The notes under the pieces: model-generated
The model's input: the letters and a program-made list of their open reading frames with translations, nothing else
Told to the model about the DNA's origin: nothing
Database searches by the model: none
Part shown: positions 26,590 to 38,918 of the stretch, in pieces
Layout: each line of letters starts with the position of its first letter
Position numbering within the stretch: the first letter of the stretch is position 1
Source of the DNA: Octopus sinensis
Taxonomy: Eukaryota
Reading direction: 5' to 3'
NCBI RefSeq assembly: GCF_006345805.1
Contig: NC_043006.1
Span: 90,148,001 to 90,212,000, forward strand
DNA: 64,000 nucleotides
Made by a program: the position numbers and the translations under genes

Positions 26590-27651
26590 TAGAGATAATG
26601 GTGTCATTGAAACACAAAGGTGTAAAGTAATGCTGAATAAGTGCTATAGATGGACCATACTTCCAGATTCGGTAATATTGCGAATAAAGGGTTCAACGTT
26701 GGTTCTATGTCAGTGTGTGTATATAAGAATTTTTTGTGTAATAAGATAAAAAACCAAGGCTGTATAGAGATTAGAGTATTTATAGATATTTATATCTATA
26801 AATACTCTAATATCTACACACCCTTGGTTTTTTATCCTATTATGCAAAAAATTCTTTTATATATATATCGGTATCTTCTTCTTCTTCAAAAACGATATCA
26901 TTCCCAAATTCAAACTTCCTTCTTCCCCAAATCAGAGACTTCCGGTCAATCCATCTAAAGGCACCTGGTCCCTCCCACCCCTATCATTCTTCCTGATCAC
27001 TGATGTTCACAGCAAGTCAATATTTTTTTCTCTCCCTATCTTCCGTATCTCGCACAACTTACATACATTTGCCGCTAATCGTTTTTAAATGTTTGAACTT
27101 ATACACTAACAAGCTTGCCTTCCCTATCTTATTCCTTCTCTACGAAATTTAATCCCTTAAGGTACCCTCTAACTTTCTCTACGAAGTTTAACTCAATCTT
27201 CGCCATTCGCGGTGCTCCCGCCCTTTCCCACCCCCACCACCAATACCGGTGAACACTGTTCACACCATCTACACCGGATATGCCCTCCTCCCTCCTCCTC
27301 CCCCACCACCATTACGTGTCTCTCCCTCCTACCCCTTTCACTGTGTACTACACCTCCCCCCACCAAGACAAGCAGCTAGCGCTGCAGCTCATCAACCGCC
27401 CCACTGATCTTACGTTCCTCCTGTTTTGAATCTGTCACTGCCTCAACCGGCTATTTCCTTCCAGTCCCCCCCCTCGTGATATCCTACGTTTTTATCTCTT
27501 ACGAACCTGTTCCAACCCCTCCCTGTCATCGTTCCTCCTTACCCCAACCTTCCCCGCTGGTGCTTCCCTATATTACCTGCACCCCCCCTTCTCTCCCTCT
27601 CTTCTCACTGGTGGAACCTTTCTCAGTTGGACCCCCACCCCAGACCCAGGA

Positions 27652-28184
27652 GACTGAGGCAATGGCGAAGGACCGAGATCTCTGGAGATATGCTGTGACT
27701 GCAAAGACCCGGGCTGCTTCCTGCATCAGTTCCGCATAGCCCCTGCCCATTCAAAGTACCCCGGATCCCAGATCGTCCCACTGTGCTTGAGGAGACCTGT
27801 TGAGTCAAGTACATGAACACTCCGAACACCCCTCCCCACTGGTGCTCCCCTATATTTCTGCACCCTCCCCCCCACATAAAAAGCACCATCCGAACGTGGC
27901 CGATGCCAGCACCGACCCGACTGGCTTCTGTGCAGGTGGCACATAAAAAGCACCAACCGACCGTGGCCGTTGCCAGACCCCTCTGGCACCTGTGCAGGTG
28001 GCACGTAAAAAGCACCCACTACACTCGCGGAGTGGTTGGCGTTAGGAAGGGCATCCAGCTGTAGAAACACTGCCAGACCAGACTGGAGCCTGGGGCAGCC
28101 CCTGGCTCCCCAGACCCCGGTCGAAACCGTCCAACCCGTGCTAGCGCGGAAAACGGACGTTAAATGATGATGATGATGATGATG
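27652..28184 (+). mobile_element. RTE LINE 3' end, divergent subfamily
   Basis: TEAMAKDRDLWRYAVTAKTR parallels TEEMTSDRDLWKYAVREKTR. Two ~62-bp UTR units, the aggaagggcatcc motif and a (GAT)n tail. Confidence 0.85.
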
Positions 28185-29627
28185 ATATATATATATATAC
28201 ACACACAGACTTTGTCTCAATTAATTTCGAAAATAATGAAGGATTTAGTAAAATAACCATGTCATTATTAAGCATGTATTTGGAATATAAATCAAAATGA
28301 AATTTTGAAGAAACATTTTAATCTCGAACAATTTGAAACAAGAAGTTTGTATTCTAGAAGCAGAATGGTTTGAAGCATTGGTTTGGGACCAAAAGGGTCA
28401 GAGTTCAAACATCGACTGAAAGTTATGGGTTGATCATTTTCTTGAAAGGAAATATTATGAACATTAATAATTGGGAATGTGAAACTGTTTATGCCAACAC
28501 ATTGAGAAAGCAGTGAAAAATTATTAAGCAACTAATTGAAGTTCTAATTTGTAAAATAATTCTGAAATAAAAAAAAAAAGTTTTGCATTCTGCTTTTAGT
28601 GTACTAAAAAACAGCAAAAAGGCAAAAAAAAATTAGAGGGTAAAATCTAATGTGCACATTAGTTCCGTGAATTAGAAATCAACGTTTGTTGAAAATTCTG
28701 AGAGGAAGTTTAACAGGAAGCTTAAATTGAACATTTCCATTTAATCCTTGTGGGTGGGATAGAATATTTCCTTTTGTTAATCTCTCTCATCTAATTCCAT
28801 TCATTCCAATAGGCAAGTCTAACAGTTGTTTGGAATAATGATGATTAAAATACAATAAGACTAAATAAATACAATAAAATAAGCAAAAGTAATAAACAAG
28901 ACTTGAGAATAAAGTCAGTGTGAAACTTTCTTGGAGGTGTGCAGAGGACAGCGAAATAATGAGAAAAAACATTTAATTTAAACAAAATAAAAACCCACAA
29001 TAAATATTTTACAAAAACCCATTTTAGTTGCAAAGCTTTTATGTGTAGAATAAAATAATAAAAAATAAAATATAAAGAGTTTTTCTAAAGGCAATGACAC
29101 ACAAAAAAAAGCAAAACATTACAAAAAAAAAGCCCCCATCAAATTAACAGATATTAAACTGGTTGATGGTTATGATATTCTTAAAAGTATGAAGAAATAA
29201 AAGTCGGTGCCAAGATGGGACAGCAGATAGTAAAGCAATGGAGACTGGAGAAGTGGTACAAAAACACAGCATAGTTGTAATGACCATTATCTTAGAAGCA
29301 GCAGCAGAACAGAATGCAAGAAAGCTTTCATAGATTCTTTTTTTCCCCTTCAAGCTTAAAAATAGTATAATTTAATACAAATAGCAAGAGAATTTCCAAC
29401 AGAAAATCTCAATGAATTCGCTGGTTTGATACTTTCGACTTTCTCTCTTCAGTTTCCTTTAAAGAACAAAAATCATTTTGTTTTTATTTTTGACTCTAGC
29501 TGCTGTCAAAGATGATTGGCTCATTTAGATAAATGACTTTTATGATTAATGAAATTTTCATATATTTATATAACGAAGATAATTTGACTGTCTTCTGATT
29601 TTGCTGTCACATATTTTGTTTTTACCT

Positions 29628-29968
29628 CTTTTACTGTGTTTCATTCATTGGACTGCAGCCATGCTGGAGCACTGCTTTCAATGGTCGCGTAGAACAAATC
29701 AATCCAGGACTTAAGTTTTAATTCTGGCACTTATTTTAGCACTTCAGCAAATGAGATTGATAAGTTACAAGGATGTAAATGAACCAACACCAGTCGTCAA
29801 ACTGGATGGACAAAGAGAAATTCACCTGCACATACTAACAAACATACCTACCCACATACTTATCTACATCCATACATGATAGGCTTCCACACAGTTTCTG
29901 TCTACCTACTTCACACATTCAGGGCATTGGTTAGCCCAAGGCTATAGTAGAAGACATTTGTCCAAAGT
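29628..29968 (-). mobile_element. SINE family A copy (diverged)
   Basis: gactgcagccatgctggagcactgc...ctatagtagaagacatttgtccaaag. Confidence 0.75.
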
Positions 29969-30159
29969 GCAGTTATTTTTCTTGTAAATAACACAAAAAT
30001 GTAATAATTAAGCCAAGTTGTTCAAAGTCCATTTATTTCTTTGAGACAATTACCATTTTGTAACATTACATTGTTTTACTTTTTATTTATATTCCTCCAA
30101 TACACCAAGCTGGGGTTTGTGGGGCCAGAGTGTTTTTCAGTTGGCAATGAGTACACTCA

Positions 30160-30600
30160 GTTAAATCCATGCAATGGATACTTACACTGATAAATGTCAG
30201 AGATGCCTGGCTGGCTTCCGTGCTGGTGGCACATAAAATATGCCATCCAAATGTGGTCGATGCCAGTGCCCACCGACTGGATCTCGTGCCTATGGCACAT
30301 AAAAAGCACAGTTTGAATGTGATCAATGCCAATGCTGCCTGATTGGCTCCTGTGCTGGTGGCATGTAAAAAGTGCCATCCAAACATGGTCGTCAGTGCCT
30401 CCCGACTGGCCCCTGTGCTGGTGGCACATGAAAGCACCCACTACACTCTCAAAGTTGTTGACATTAGGAAGGGCATCCAGCTGTAGAAACATTACCAGAT
30501 CAGATTGGAGCCTGGTGCAGCCGCCGGCTCTCCAGTCCTCAGTCAAACCATCCAACCCATGCCAGCATGGAAAACAGACGTTAAACGATGATGATGATGA
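30160..30600 (+). mobile_element. RTE-tailed non-autonomous element (family C)
   Basis: 3-4 UTR units, aggaagggcatccagctgtagaaac and an acgttaaacgatgatgatg tail. Confidence 0.85.
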
Positions 30601-31227
30601 CTTGTTTGGTTCATCCCTGAAAGCAGTAAATGGCTTATTAGTGGGTGGAGGCATTTACACACACACACACAACACACACATACAGTTGCCCCTTGCTGTG
30701 TACAGTATTTGGTTTGATAGCTTCACTTTGGCATTATTTTAGTTTTTGTCCTATTGTTTATGCTTTTGTTTGTTTGTTTGTCTTTTTTAAATCTTACAGA
30801 AACATAACTACGTCCTTTTCTAACTGCTAAGATTTGTTCCAAAGTAAAAAAACATTCACAAACGACAAGAACTTCTAAAGAGTTCATTCCAAGCTTCCTT
30901 TCTCTGCCATATTTCTTTTGAAAGACTCTGCTTTTGTTCCAGTTAAATTTTTAATTAATGAACATTTTATTAGAATAACTTTGTCCTTATTTAGGCTGGT
31001 GTCTGGAACATAAATTAACATGAAACTTTGATGGAGGGTTTTCACTTTGATCACTTCAAAGCAGAAAGATTCTATCCTAGAACCAGGGACAATCTAATGC
31101 AAGTTGGGATGAAATGGGTTGATCAGTCACATTTAAGAAATTTCCATTGGTCTCTAGTTTGGGAGAACAAGCACCAAGGGCTAAAAAATTTTGTACTGAC
31201 ACACAACACCCACCAATTCTGATTCAG

Positions 31228-31363
31228 GAGCCTTATGACCACTGACCCTACCATTTCATTTGCTGCCTTGGACCCCAGCAGCTCCATTCAACTAGAGCTG
31301 ATGAGAGCAAGTCAACTACCTCAAGGTCCTGTAGTTAAAGTTGAGCAGAGCCAACTAGATTGA
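31228..31363 (+). CDS. Candidate terminal coding exon (xSLMTTDPTISFAALDPSSSIQLELMRASQLPQGPVVKVEQSQLD*)
   Basis: Branch-point-like tactgac about 30 nt upstream and acceptor ccaattctgattcag|. The phase-2 frame runs 45 codons with protein-like composition, ending near a psiKxE SUMO-type motif (VKVE). 3'-UTR-like sequence follows. Confidence 0.4.
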
Positions 31364-32146
31364 TGTAAACACACAACAAAAAAAATGATGATAACATAGC
31401 AAAAAAACGATCGTTGTGGTGGTGGCAACAGTGGCGAGGACAGAGAGAGAAATAGGAATGAATTATAAGCAATATTTTGGAGATAATTCCTCAGTTGTGA
31501 CATCAGATGACTGTTGGTTGATCTTTCAAAGTAAAACAACAACAGAAATTAATATTACAAAAGTAAGTTTTCTCTGTTTCTAAACCCTGAACAACAACAA
31601 CAACAACACCAACATCTTTCTTCCTCCTTTTTTCTTCTTTTATTCTGGTATTAGAGTTTACCATTTTACTTTGAAGATCATCAAGTTGAAGATGTTTCTA
31701 AGACAGCAAAGACATTGTTTGTTACATTTAGGAAGCTTGTGTCAAAGAAAACTTTTGACAGATTGACTTGTTATGCTAAGACACACACTAAAAAAAAAAA
31801 GCGAATAACAAAAAAAAAAAGGTTAATCTCCATTAAAACCACTCACAAAGAAGTCAAAGTTCTTGAAGGTTTCTTAAAGACATATTTACAGCGTTTCAAA
31901 GTTTTCGCTCATAAAAAGAAAATCTTACATTGCTTAGAAAAAAAAAACAAAACAAAAACAAAGAACCGATGCTACAAGTTATTGTCAGAAGAGTTTTCTA
32001 AGTTTTCAACCCAACAATTTTGTCTCGTAGCTGTTGTACTCTTGTACCACATCGCAAGTGTAAGATGAAGGTGCTGAATTATAGATCACAATGGTCGTGT
32101 GTTCAAACCTCACTGCAGGCACTGAGCTGTGTACCTTTGTATAAAG

Positions 32147-32291
32147 AACACATCTCGGTTTGCCTCATTACGGAAAATATCCAATGTCAGGACAGGTTCC
32201 ATGGAGCGTCTCCCTAATCAGCCGATTTGCTCAACATGAGAAATCAAATATGTCGTATGACCCCACAACCCAAATGCTTACCATGGTTTAG
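32147..32291 (+). CDS. Candidate terminal exon (xTHLGLPHYGKYPMSGQVPWSVSLISRFAQHEKSNMSYDPTTQMLTMV*)
   Basis: Acceptor gtacctttgtataaag| (an AAG, weaker). The phase-2 frame runs 48 codons in a CpG-retaining island. Confidence 0.25.
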
Positions 32292-33274
32292 ATTTGTGGT
32301 TCCCAACCATTGCTCCCGGAGCCCTCAAGCATCCTTCCTGCAGCCCCTGACAGTTTTCCCTCTAAAAATATACTAAATGTTTCTTTTACTGATTTGTGTT
32401 TTACTTTTTCTGGAGCAGATCTCTAAAAAAATCCAGGTTTGGGATCAGGTCCAGATATTAAAGGGGTTGAGATCTACTGGGTTGGATAGTGCAGATGTGA
32501 ATTAAGGGTCAGAACAATTTCAATGTATCATTTAGAAGATATAAAGCACCAAATCTGCAAGTGGTTGGTTGTCCTGTGCATGCCTTTTGGTGGATCAACA
32601 TGTAATGGAGGTGCCAAAGGAATACAATAGAAGACTCTCTGCAATAACTCAGTCAGTCAGAAATACCAAAATTTCCCTCTTAACACAAAAGACTGAGGGA
32701 ACAAAAAGCCAGGAGCACCAAGTTCTAATTCTAATATAAGCATACTCAAAATAAAGATAAAATGGAAATAGCAAAGGTATGAATGATCAATTACAGGTGT
32801 TCTTGAATGGATTGGACTGGACAGCAACAACAATAACATGAACATATATCAAAATGTCTCTTGAACAAGATTTAATCACAGAATAATGAGGAACAAAATC
32901 CCAGATCTGAAAAGTTCAGATCAACTTCCTAGTATTTTATGGCCACTGAAATTTTCATATTAATTTCTATATCAGATTAAGTGTTGAACCAGAAATCATT
33001 TTGTTATAACTTACCCATTAGACTATCTTGATTTCACAAATCAATAAAATATATCATAAATCAATTTAAGATAGTTTTGCATTGGAGATAGATTTTGCTA
33101 TCAATTTATTGGTGTCACATACAACCATAACTTTCAGACAATAACTTTTAAGGAAGACATATTATTGCCAGTTAAAAACAAAAAGCCAAGTTGTTTTGTC
33201 ATCAGGAGAACAACTGGATTATTCAGTGCTAAACAAGCGCTCACTTTGAAATCTGATCTCTTCAGGCACAGCTG

Positions 33275-33490
33275 GATGATGATGATGATGATGGTCGTCG
33301 TCGTTTAACGTCCGCTTTCCATACTAGCATGGGTTGGACGATTTTGACTGAGGGCTGGCGAACCAGATGGCTGCACCAGGCACCAGTCTTGATCTGGCAG
33401 AGTTTCTACAGCAAGATGCCCTTCCTAATGCCAATCACTCTGAGAGTGTAGTGGGTGCTTTTTACTTGCCACTGGCACGAGGGCCAGTCA
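33275..33490 (-). mobile_element. RTE-tailed non-autonomous element (family C), short copy
   Basis: gtcgtcgtttaacgtccgctttccatactagcatggg...gatgcccttcctaatgccaatcac. Confidence 0.8.
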
Positions 33491-34047
33491 GAAATATTTT
33501 GTGTGCAGGATCCTTCCCATAAGCAATGGCAGCTGCTACATCACTGCCACCATTACCATGATAAAAGAGACGACCGATAACCAGTTACTGACCAAGAACT
33601 TCACAGCTTAAGACCTTCATTGGCAGAAGAATGTAAGGTTAAAAACTTTATTATTGAAAAATATGCAGAGTATGAAGAGGACCACAAAGGTTTAAACTTT
33701 CAATTCCAGCTTCCACCCTTGGCCTCTCTTCTAAAATGTAAGCAATTATACAGCTCCTCTTCAGCAAAAGACCTGTTCTCTTCCAGCCCTTTCTCTCATA
33801 CTTAACCCCTCTCTACTCCTTATTCTCCTGGTATAAAATTTCCCCCACCCTTCTCTTGAGGTTCCTAGTCTTGCCAGCTGCATGGCCAGCTCACTGGTGC
33901 TGGAAACTTGGAAAGACTTTCCAATACTGTGAGGTGGTTGCTGACAGGATGGCCATCCAGCTGTAGAAACCATGCTAAACAGAAAGCAAAGAACAATGTA
34001 ATGCTTGCACTCATTAAACCCATGCCAGCATGGAACATGGCTGCTAA

Positions 34048-34079
<32 letters not shown>

Positions 34080-34922
34080 GAAAAGAAAAGGTCCTATTTT
34101 CTCTTTTCTCCATCACACACAAGCATACCATCCGTTATGCTGTTGATAGTCTTTAGAATATAAAACAACCACCACCACAAATAAAATAAAAAGCAAAACA
34201 GAAATTCAAGTTGGATCCTGTATGAAAATCAGATTTCAAGTCTTGAGTGAACTAATTCAGTTCATAGTTTAAATGTGATTTGTAAGGCATAAGCATCACA
34301 ACATTCCAGTCGTACATCTGCTCCTTCTTTAGGAATATGTGCAGAGGTGTCTGGTCAAAGGACTTTGTTTCACAAGTTGGCACAATGAAACTGTCACATA
34401 ATTTGATTCACAAAGGGAAGCAACTATACTGGAACTCTTTAGTCTAAAGAAACTGATGTGCAAGCATGGCTATGTGGTTAAGAAGCTTGCTTCCCAACCA
34501 CCTGCTTCCGGGTTCAGTCCCACTGCACAACATCTTGAGCAAGTGTCTTCTACTATAGTCCCAAACCAACCAATGTCTTGTGAGTGGACTTCATAGAAGA
34601 AAATAGTGTGGAAGCCCAGTGTGTGTGTAAAGACTCATGGCCACATGGTTCGGGTTAGGGTTAGGGTGCATTCACATTTGTAAAATGGTAATTCTGGTTC
34701 TCAGGCAAATGGTGCATTGTGTTTTTAAGCAAAACACTTCATTTCAAATTGCCCCAGTCTACTCAGCTGTAGATGAGAGAAACCCTACAAGGGACTGAAA
34801 CCCCATCCAGGGAGAATGTTGGCCTGCTCCACATGCCAGACAGGTGGCATCGTTCAGAAGCAACAACAATGTAAGGAAGCGCATTTGTGACCAGTGGTCT
34901 ATAACAACATCCAAAACTCTGG

Positions 34923-34952
<30 letters not shown>

Positions 34953-34956
<4 letters not shown>

Positions 34957-37900
34957 TCATCATCATCGTTTAACGTCCGTTCTCCATGCCAGCATGGGTT
35001 GGACGGTTCGACCGGGGATCTGGGAAGCCAGAAGGCTGCACCAGGCTCCAGTCTTATCTGGCAATGTTTCTACAGCTGGATGCCCTTCCTAGCGCCAACC
35101 ACTCCGTGAGTGTAGTGGGTGCTTTTTACGTGCCACCTGCACTGGTGCCAGGCGAGGCTGGCATCAGCCACGGTCGGATTGGTGCATTTTACGTGCCACC
35201 TGCACGGAAGCCAGTCGAGGCGGCACTGGCTTTGGCCATGATTCGGATGGTGCTTTTTACGTGCCACCGACACGGAAGCCAGTCGAGGCGGCGCTGGCAT
35301 CGGCCACAATTCAGATAGTACTTTTCACATATCTCCAGTCCAGGAGTCCTGGCATCTGCCGGGTGCCAGTCATAGGATTGGTCCAATTTCGATTCCGATT
35401 TCACTTGCCCCAACAGGTCTTCGCAAGCAAAGGTGGGTAGGCATAGGTGCCTGTCGTCGGATGAGGTTCGATATCAACTTCGCTTGCCTCAACAGGTCTT
35501 TGTGTGTCCAAGGGAGGAAAGGCATTCATAAGTGGGCTGGACTCACTTGTCCTGCCTGGTCTTTTCACGTACAGCATATTTCCAAAGGTCTCGGTCGCTG
35601 GTCATTTCCTCAGTGAGACCTAAAGTTCGAAGGTCATGCTTCACCACCTCGTCCCAGGTTTTCCTGGGTCTACCTCTTCCATGGGTTCCCTCCACTGTTA
35701 GGGATTGGCACTTTTTCACACACCTATCTTCATCCATTCTCGCCACATGACCATACCAGCGCAATCGTCTCTCTTGCACACCACAACTGATGCTCCTTAG
35801 GTCCAACATTTCTCTCAGGGTACTAACGCTCTGTCGAGCATGCACACTGACATTACACATCCATCGGAGCATACTGGCTTCATTTCTCGCGAGCTTACGC
35901 ATGCCCTCAGCAGTCACGGCCCATGTTTCACTGCCATGTAGCATGGCTGTTCGTACACATGCATCATACAGTCTGCCTTTTACTCTGAGCGAGAGGCCTT
36001 TAGTCACCAGCTGAGGTAAGAGCTCCCTAAACTTTGCCCAGGCTATTCTTACTCTAGCAGTTACACTTTCAGCACACCCACTCCCACTACTGACTTGGTC
36101 ACCAAGATAACGGAAGCTATCAACTACTTCTAGTTTTTCCCCCTGGAAAGTGACGGAAGTTGTTTTCTGCAGATTTTCAGAGGTTAATGCTCCCGAGCAT
36201 CTGCCACATACAAAAACCATCTTCCTAGTTAGCCTACCTATGACATTGCTGCACCTCTTACGTGTCCATAGCTTACACTTGGTGCATCTTATAGAGTTTC
36301 TACCTACACCTTTTCTACAGATCAAGCAGGGCCATCTACCTGAAGGCGTTTGTGATTTGTCTATCTTCCTACTTATTACGACTTTGGTTTTAGCTAGATT
36401 GACTCTAAGGCCCTTCGATTCTAATCCTTGCTTCCACACCTGAAACTTCTTCTCCAGTTCTGATAGTGACTCAGCAATTAGAGCAAGGTCATCAGCATAG
36501 AGGAGCTACCAGGGGCATCCTGTCTTGAATTCCTCTATTATTGCCTGGAGGACGATGATAAATAGAAGGGGGCTGAGGACTGAGCCTTGGTGGACCCCTA
36601 CCTCTACCCGGAATTTTTCACTGTACTCGTTGCCAACCCTCACCTTACTAGCAGCGTCCCTGTACATGGCTCGCACAGCTCTCACTAACCATTCATCTAT
36701 TCCTAGTTTCCTCATTGACCACCAGATGAGGAATCGGGGGACCCTGTCGAAGGCTTTCTCCATGTCAACAAAAGCCAGGTACAGGGGCTTATCTTTGGCT
36801 AGGTATTTCTCCTGCAGCTGCCTTACCAGGAATATAGCATCAGTGGTACTTTTCCCTGGCACGAACCCAAACTGCATCTCATCTAAACTAACTCTCTCTC
36901 TAATTAGTTGGCTTATGACCCTCTCTGTAACCTTCATCACCTGATCCAATAGCTTGATACCTCTGTAATTATTTGCATCTAGGGCATCACCTTTACCTTT
37001 GTAGCAGTTGACTATTATGCTGCTACACCAGTCATTGGGTATGACTCCTTCATGTATCACCTGATTAACTATACGGGTGACTAGGCTATAGCCGACACTA
37101 CCAGATATTTTGAGCATCTCTGCAGTGATACCTGATGGGCCTGGGGCTTTCCCTGTCTTCATGCTTCTAATTGCCTTAGCTACCAAGGAACTATCAACCC
37201 TGATAGCTGGTCCCTCTGTTGAGTCAACGTTCGGCAGACTCTCTTTATCCCATTCATTTTCTTTATTCAGCAACCTTTCATAGTGGCGTCTCCAAGCCTC
37301 TCTCTTTGCATCCTCGTTTAGCGCAAGTGAACCATCTTCCATGCGAACACACTTCTCTCCTACCACATCACAATTCTCTCTCACACACTGTCTTGCAACG
37401 CGAAACACCTCCAGTCTTTGGTCCTCACGGCGCAGAACATTGGCAAATTTTTTCTTATCTGCTTCCCCTCTGGCTAGATAGACCTGTCTCCTAGCTTCCC
37501 TTTTAGCAGTCTGATACAATTCCCTGCTATCACCATTTTTCCAGTGCTTCCAAGTCTGTCTCTTTTCTCTAATAGCCCTGTCTACAACACTGTTCCACCA
37601 CCACGTTACCTTGGGACGAGAGGGGACTTTGCACCAGCCACAGATCTGGTCAGTGGCTCTCAGCAGGTTGTCCCTTAGAAACGTCCAGTTGCCCTCTACC
37701 CGATGTGATACTCTATCCCCTTCTACTTCGTCAGAGGCTTCAAGTAGCATGTCCCTAAATCTCTGTCCATTCGCAGGATCTTTAAGCTTCCAGATCCTTC
37801 TTCTCCATGTTGGTCGTCTTCTGGTTGTCCTCCTAGTCCTGATCCTAAAGTCACTAACTACCAGTCTATGTTGTGGGGTACATTCTTCGCCTGGGAAGGT

Positions 37901-38140
37901 TTTGGCATTTATAAGTAGCCATCTCTCCCTTTGCCTGGCAAGGATGTCGTCAATTTGGCTGGTATGTTGGCCCGATCGGTAGGTGACTCGGTGGCTGGTA
38001 GGTTTCCTGAAGTTAGTGTTGCAAATCATAAGATTATTTGCATCGCAGAACTCCAGCAGCCTGGTTCCCTCCTTGTTGCGGGAACCAAAGCCATAGCCTC
38101 CATGTACGCCATGGAAGCCCCCAGCATGTCATCCAACGTC
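34953..38140 (-). mobile_element. Young 5'-truncated RTE-clade LINE
   Basis: On the minus strand: end of the APE endonuclease (HGGYGFGSRNKEGTRLLEFCDANNLMICNTNFRK, SQIDDIL), RT (YRGIKLL, QFGFVPGKSTTDAIF, FVDMEKAFDRV, GVHQGSVLSPLLF, YADD, FRYLG) and RTE C-terminus (RRLRWYGHVARM, GRGRPRKTW). Then a 3' UTR with three ~62-bp units and a (GAT)n tail abutting (TA)n. Confidence 0.95.
35543..38140 (-). pseudogene. RTE endonuclease/reverse-transcriptase ORF split by one in-frame stop
   Basis: ORFs 36506-38029 and 35543-36439 are in the same frame. A TAG at 36506-36508 gives GCPW*LLYADD, with YADD encoded at 36488-36499. Confidence 0.9.
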
Positions 38141-38861
38141 AAACTAGCAAGAGGATTCTGTTAATCGTGAGAGCAAAAAAGTAGGTTTGAAAAATATCTG
38201 AGAAAGTCAAATTTATGGGGAAGCGATAAGTGGCTATGAAACGGGAGCAAATAGGGAGACAAGACTAAACGAAAAACATTACATGAATGGTATGTTGAAA
38301 ACTGAAAGAAAATATGAGGAGAGGGTACTGAAAGGATAATATGAGAGAAAAATTGAAGAATAATGAAAGAATAATGATTATACGTGCAAAGGGTAGGAGA
38401 AAGCGAGGTTGAAAGAAGAAATCTTAGCTTTAGCCGTTCATGAGCTGTGCGTTCGTAGTGGAGTTGAAAGCGAGTGGGGTTACCGATTTGCGATCGCTAG
38501 TTTATATATGGCGATGGTGGTTATCGAAGACGGGGGCATATAGAAACATAGGGAGAGGAACAGGGTTAGTTAGGGAGGAGGGGGGGAGTGGTCAAGGAAC
38601 ACATGGGCGGAAGCTGTGCGAGGGGTTTCGACTAGCATAGTGGAACGAGACGACAGTGTCGATAATATTTATTATTTGATAATTAAGATAGGCTTGGAGA
38701 GAAAAAGGTAAAATCTGAGTTCGTCAGGAAGTCTAAGCTGGACCTCAAACTAGCAAGAGGATTCTGTTAATCATGAAAGCAAGAACATAGGTTTGAAAAA
38801 TATCTGAGAAAGTCAAATTTTAGGGGAAGCGATAAGTGGCTATGAAACGGGAGCAAATAGG

Positions 38862-38918
<57 letters not shown>

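Noticed and set aside
34652-34666. Interstitial telomeric repeat gggttagggttaggg
   Set aside because: Only 2.5 units inside a decayed SINE, which is too short to interpret.
38140-38866. TRIM or miniature LTR element
   Set aside because: The 121-bp repeats lack TG...CA ends, a PBS, a PPT and a TSD. Kept instead as an unexplained direct repeat.
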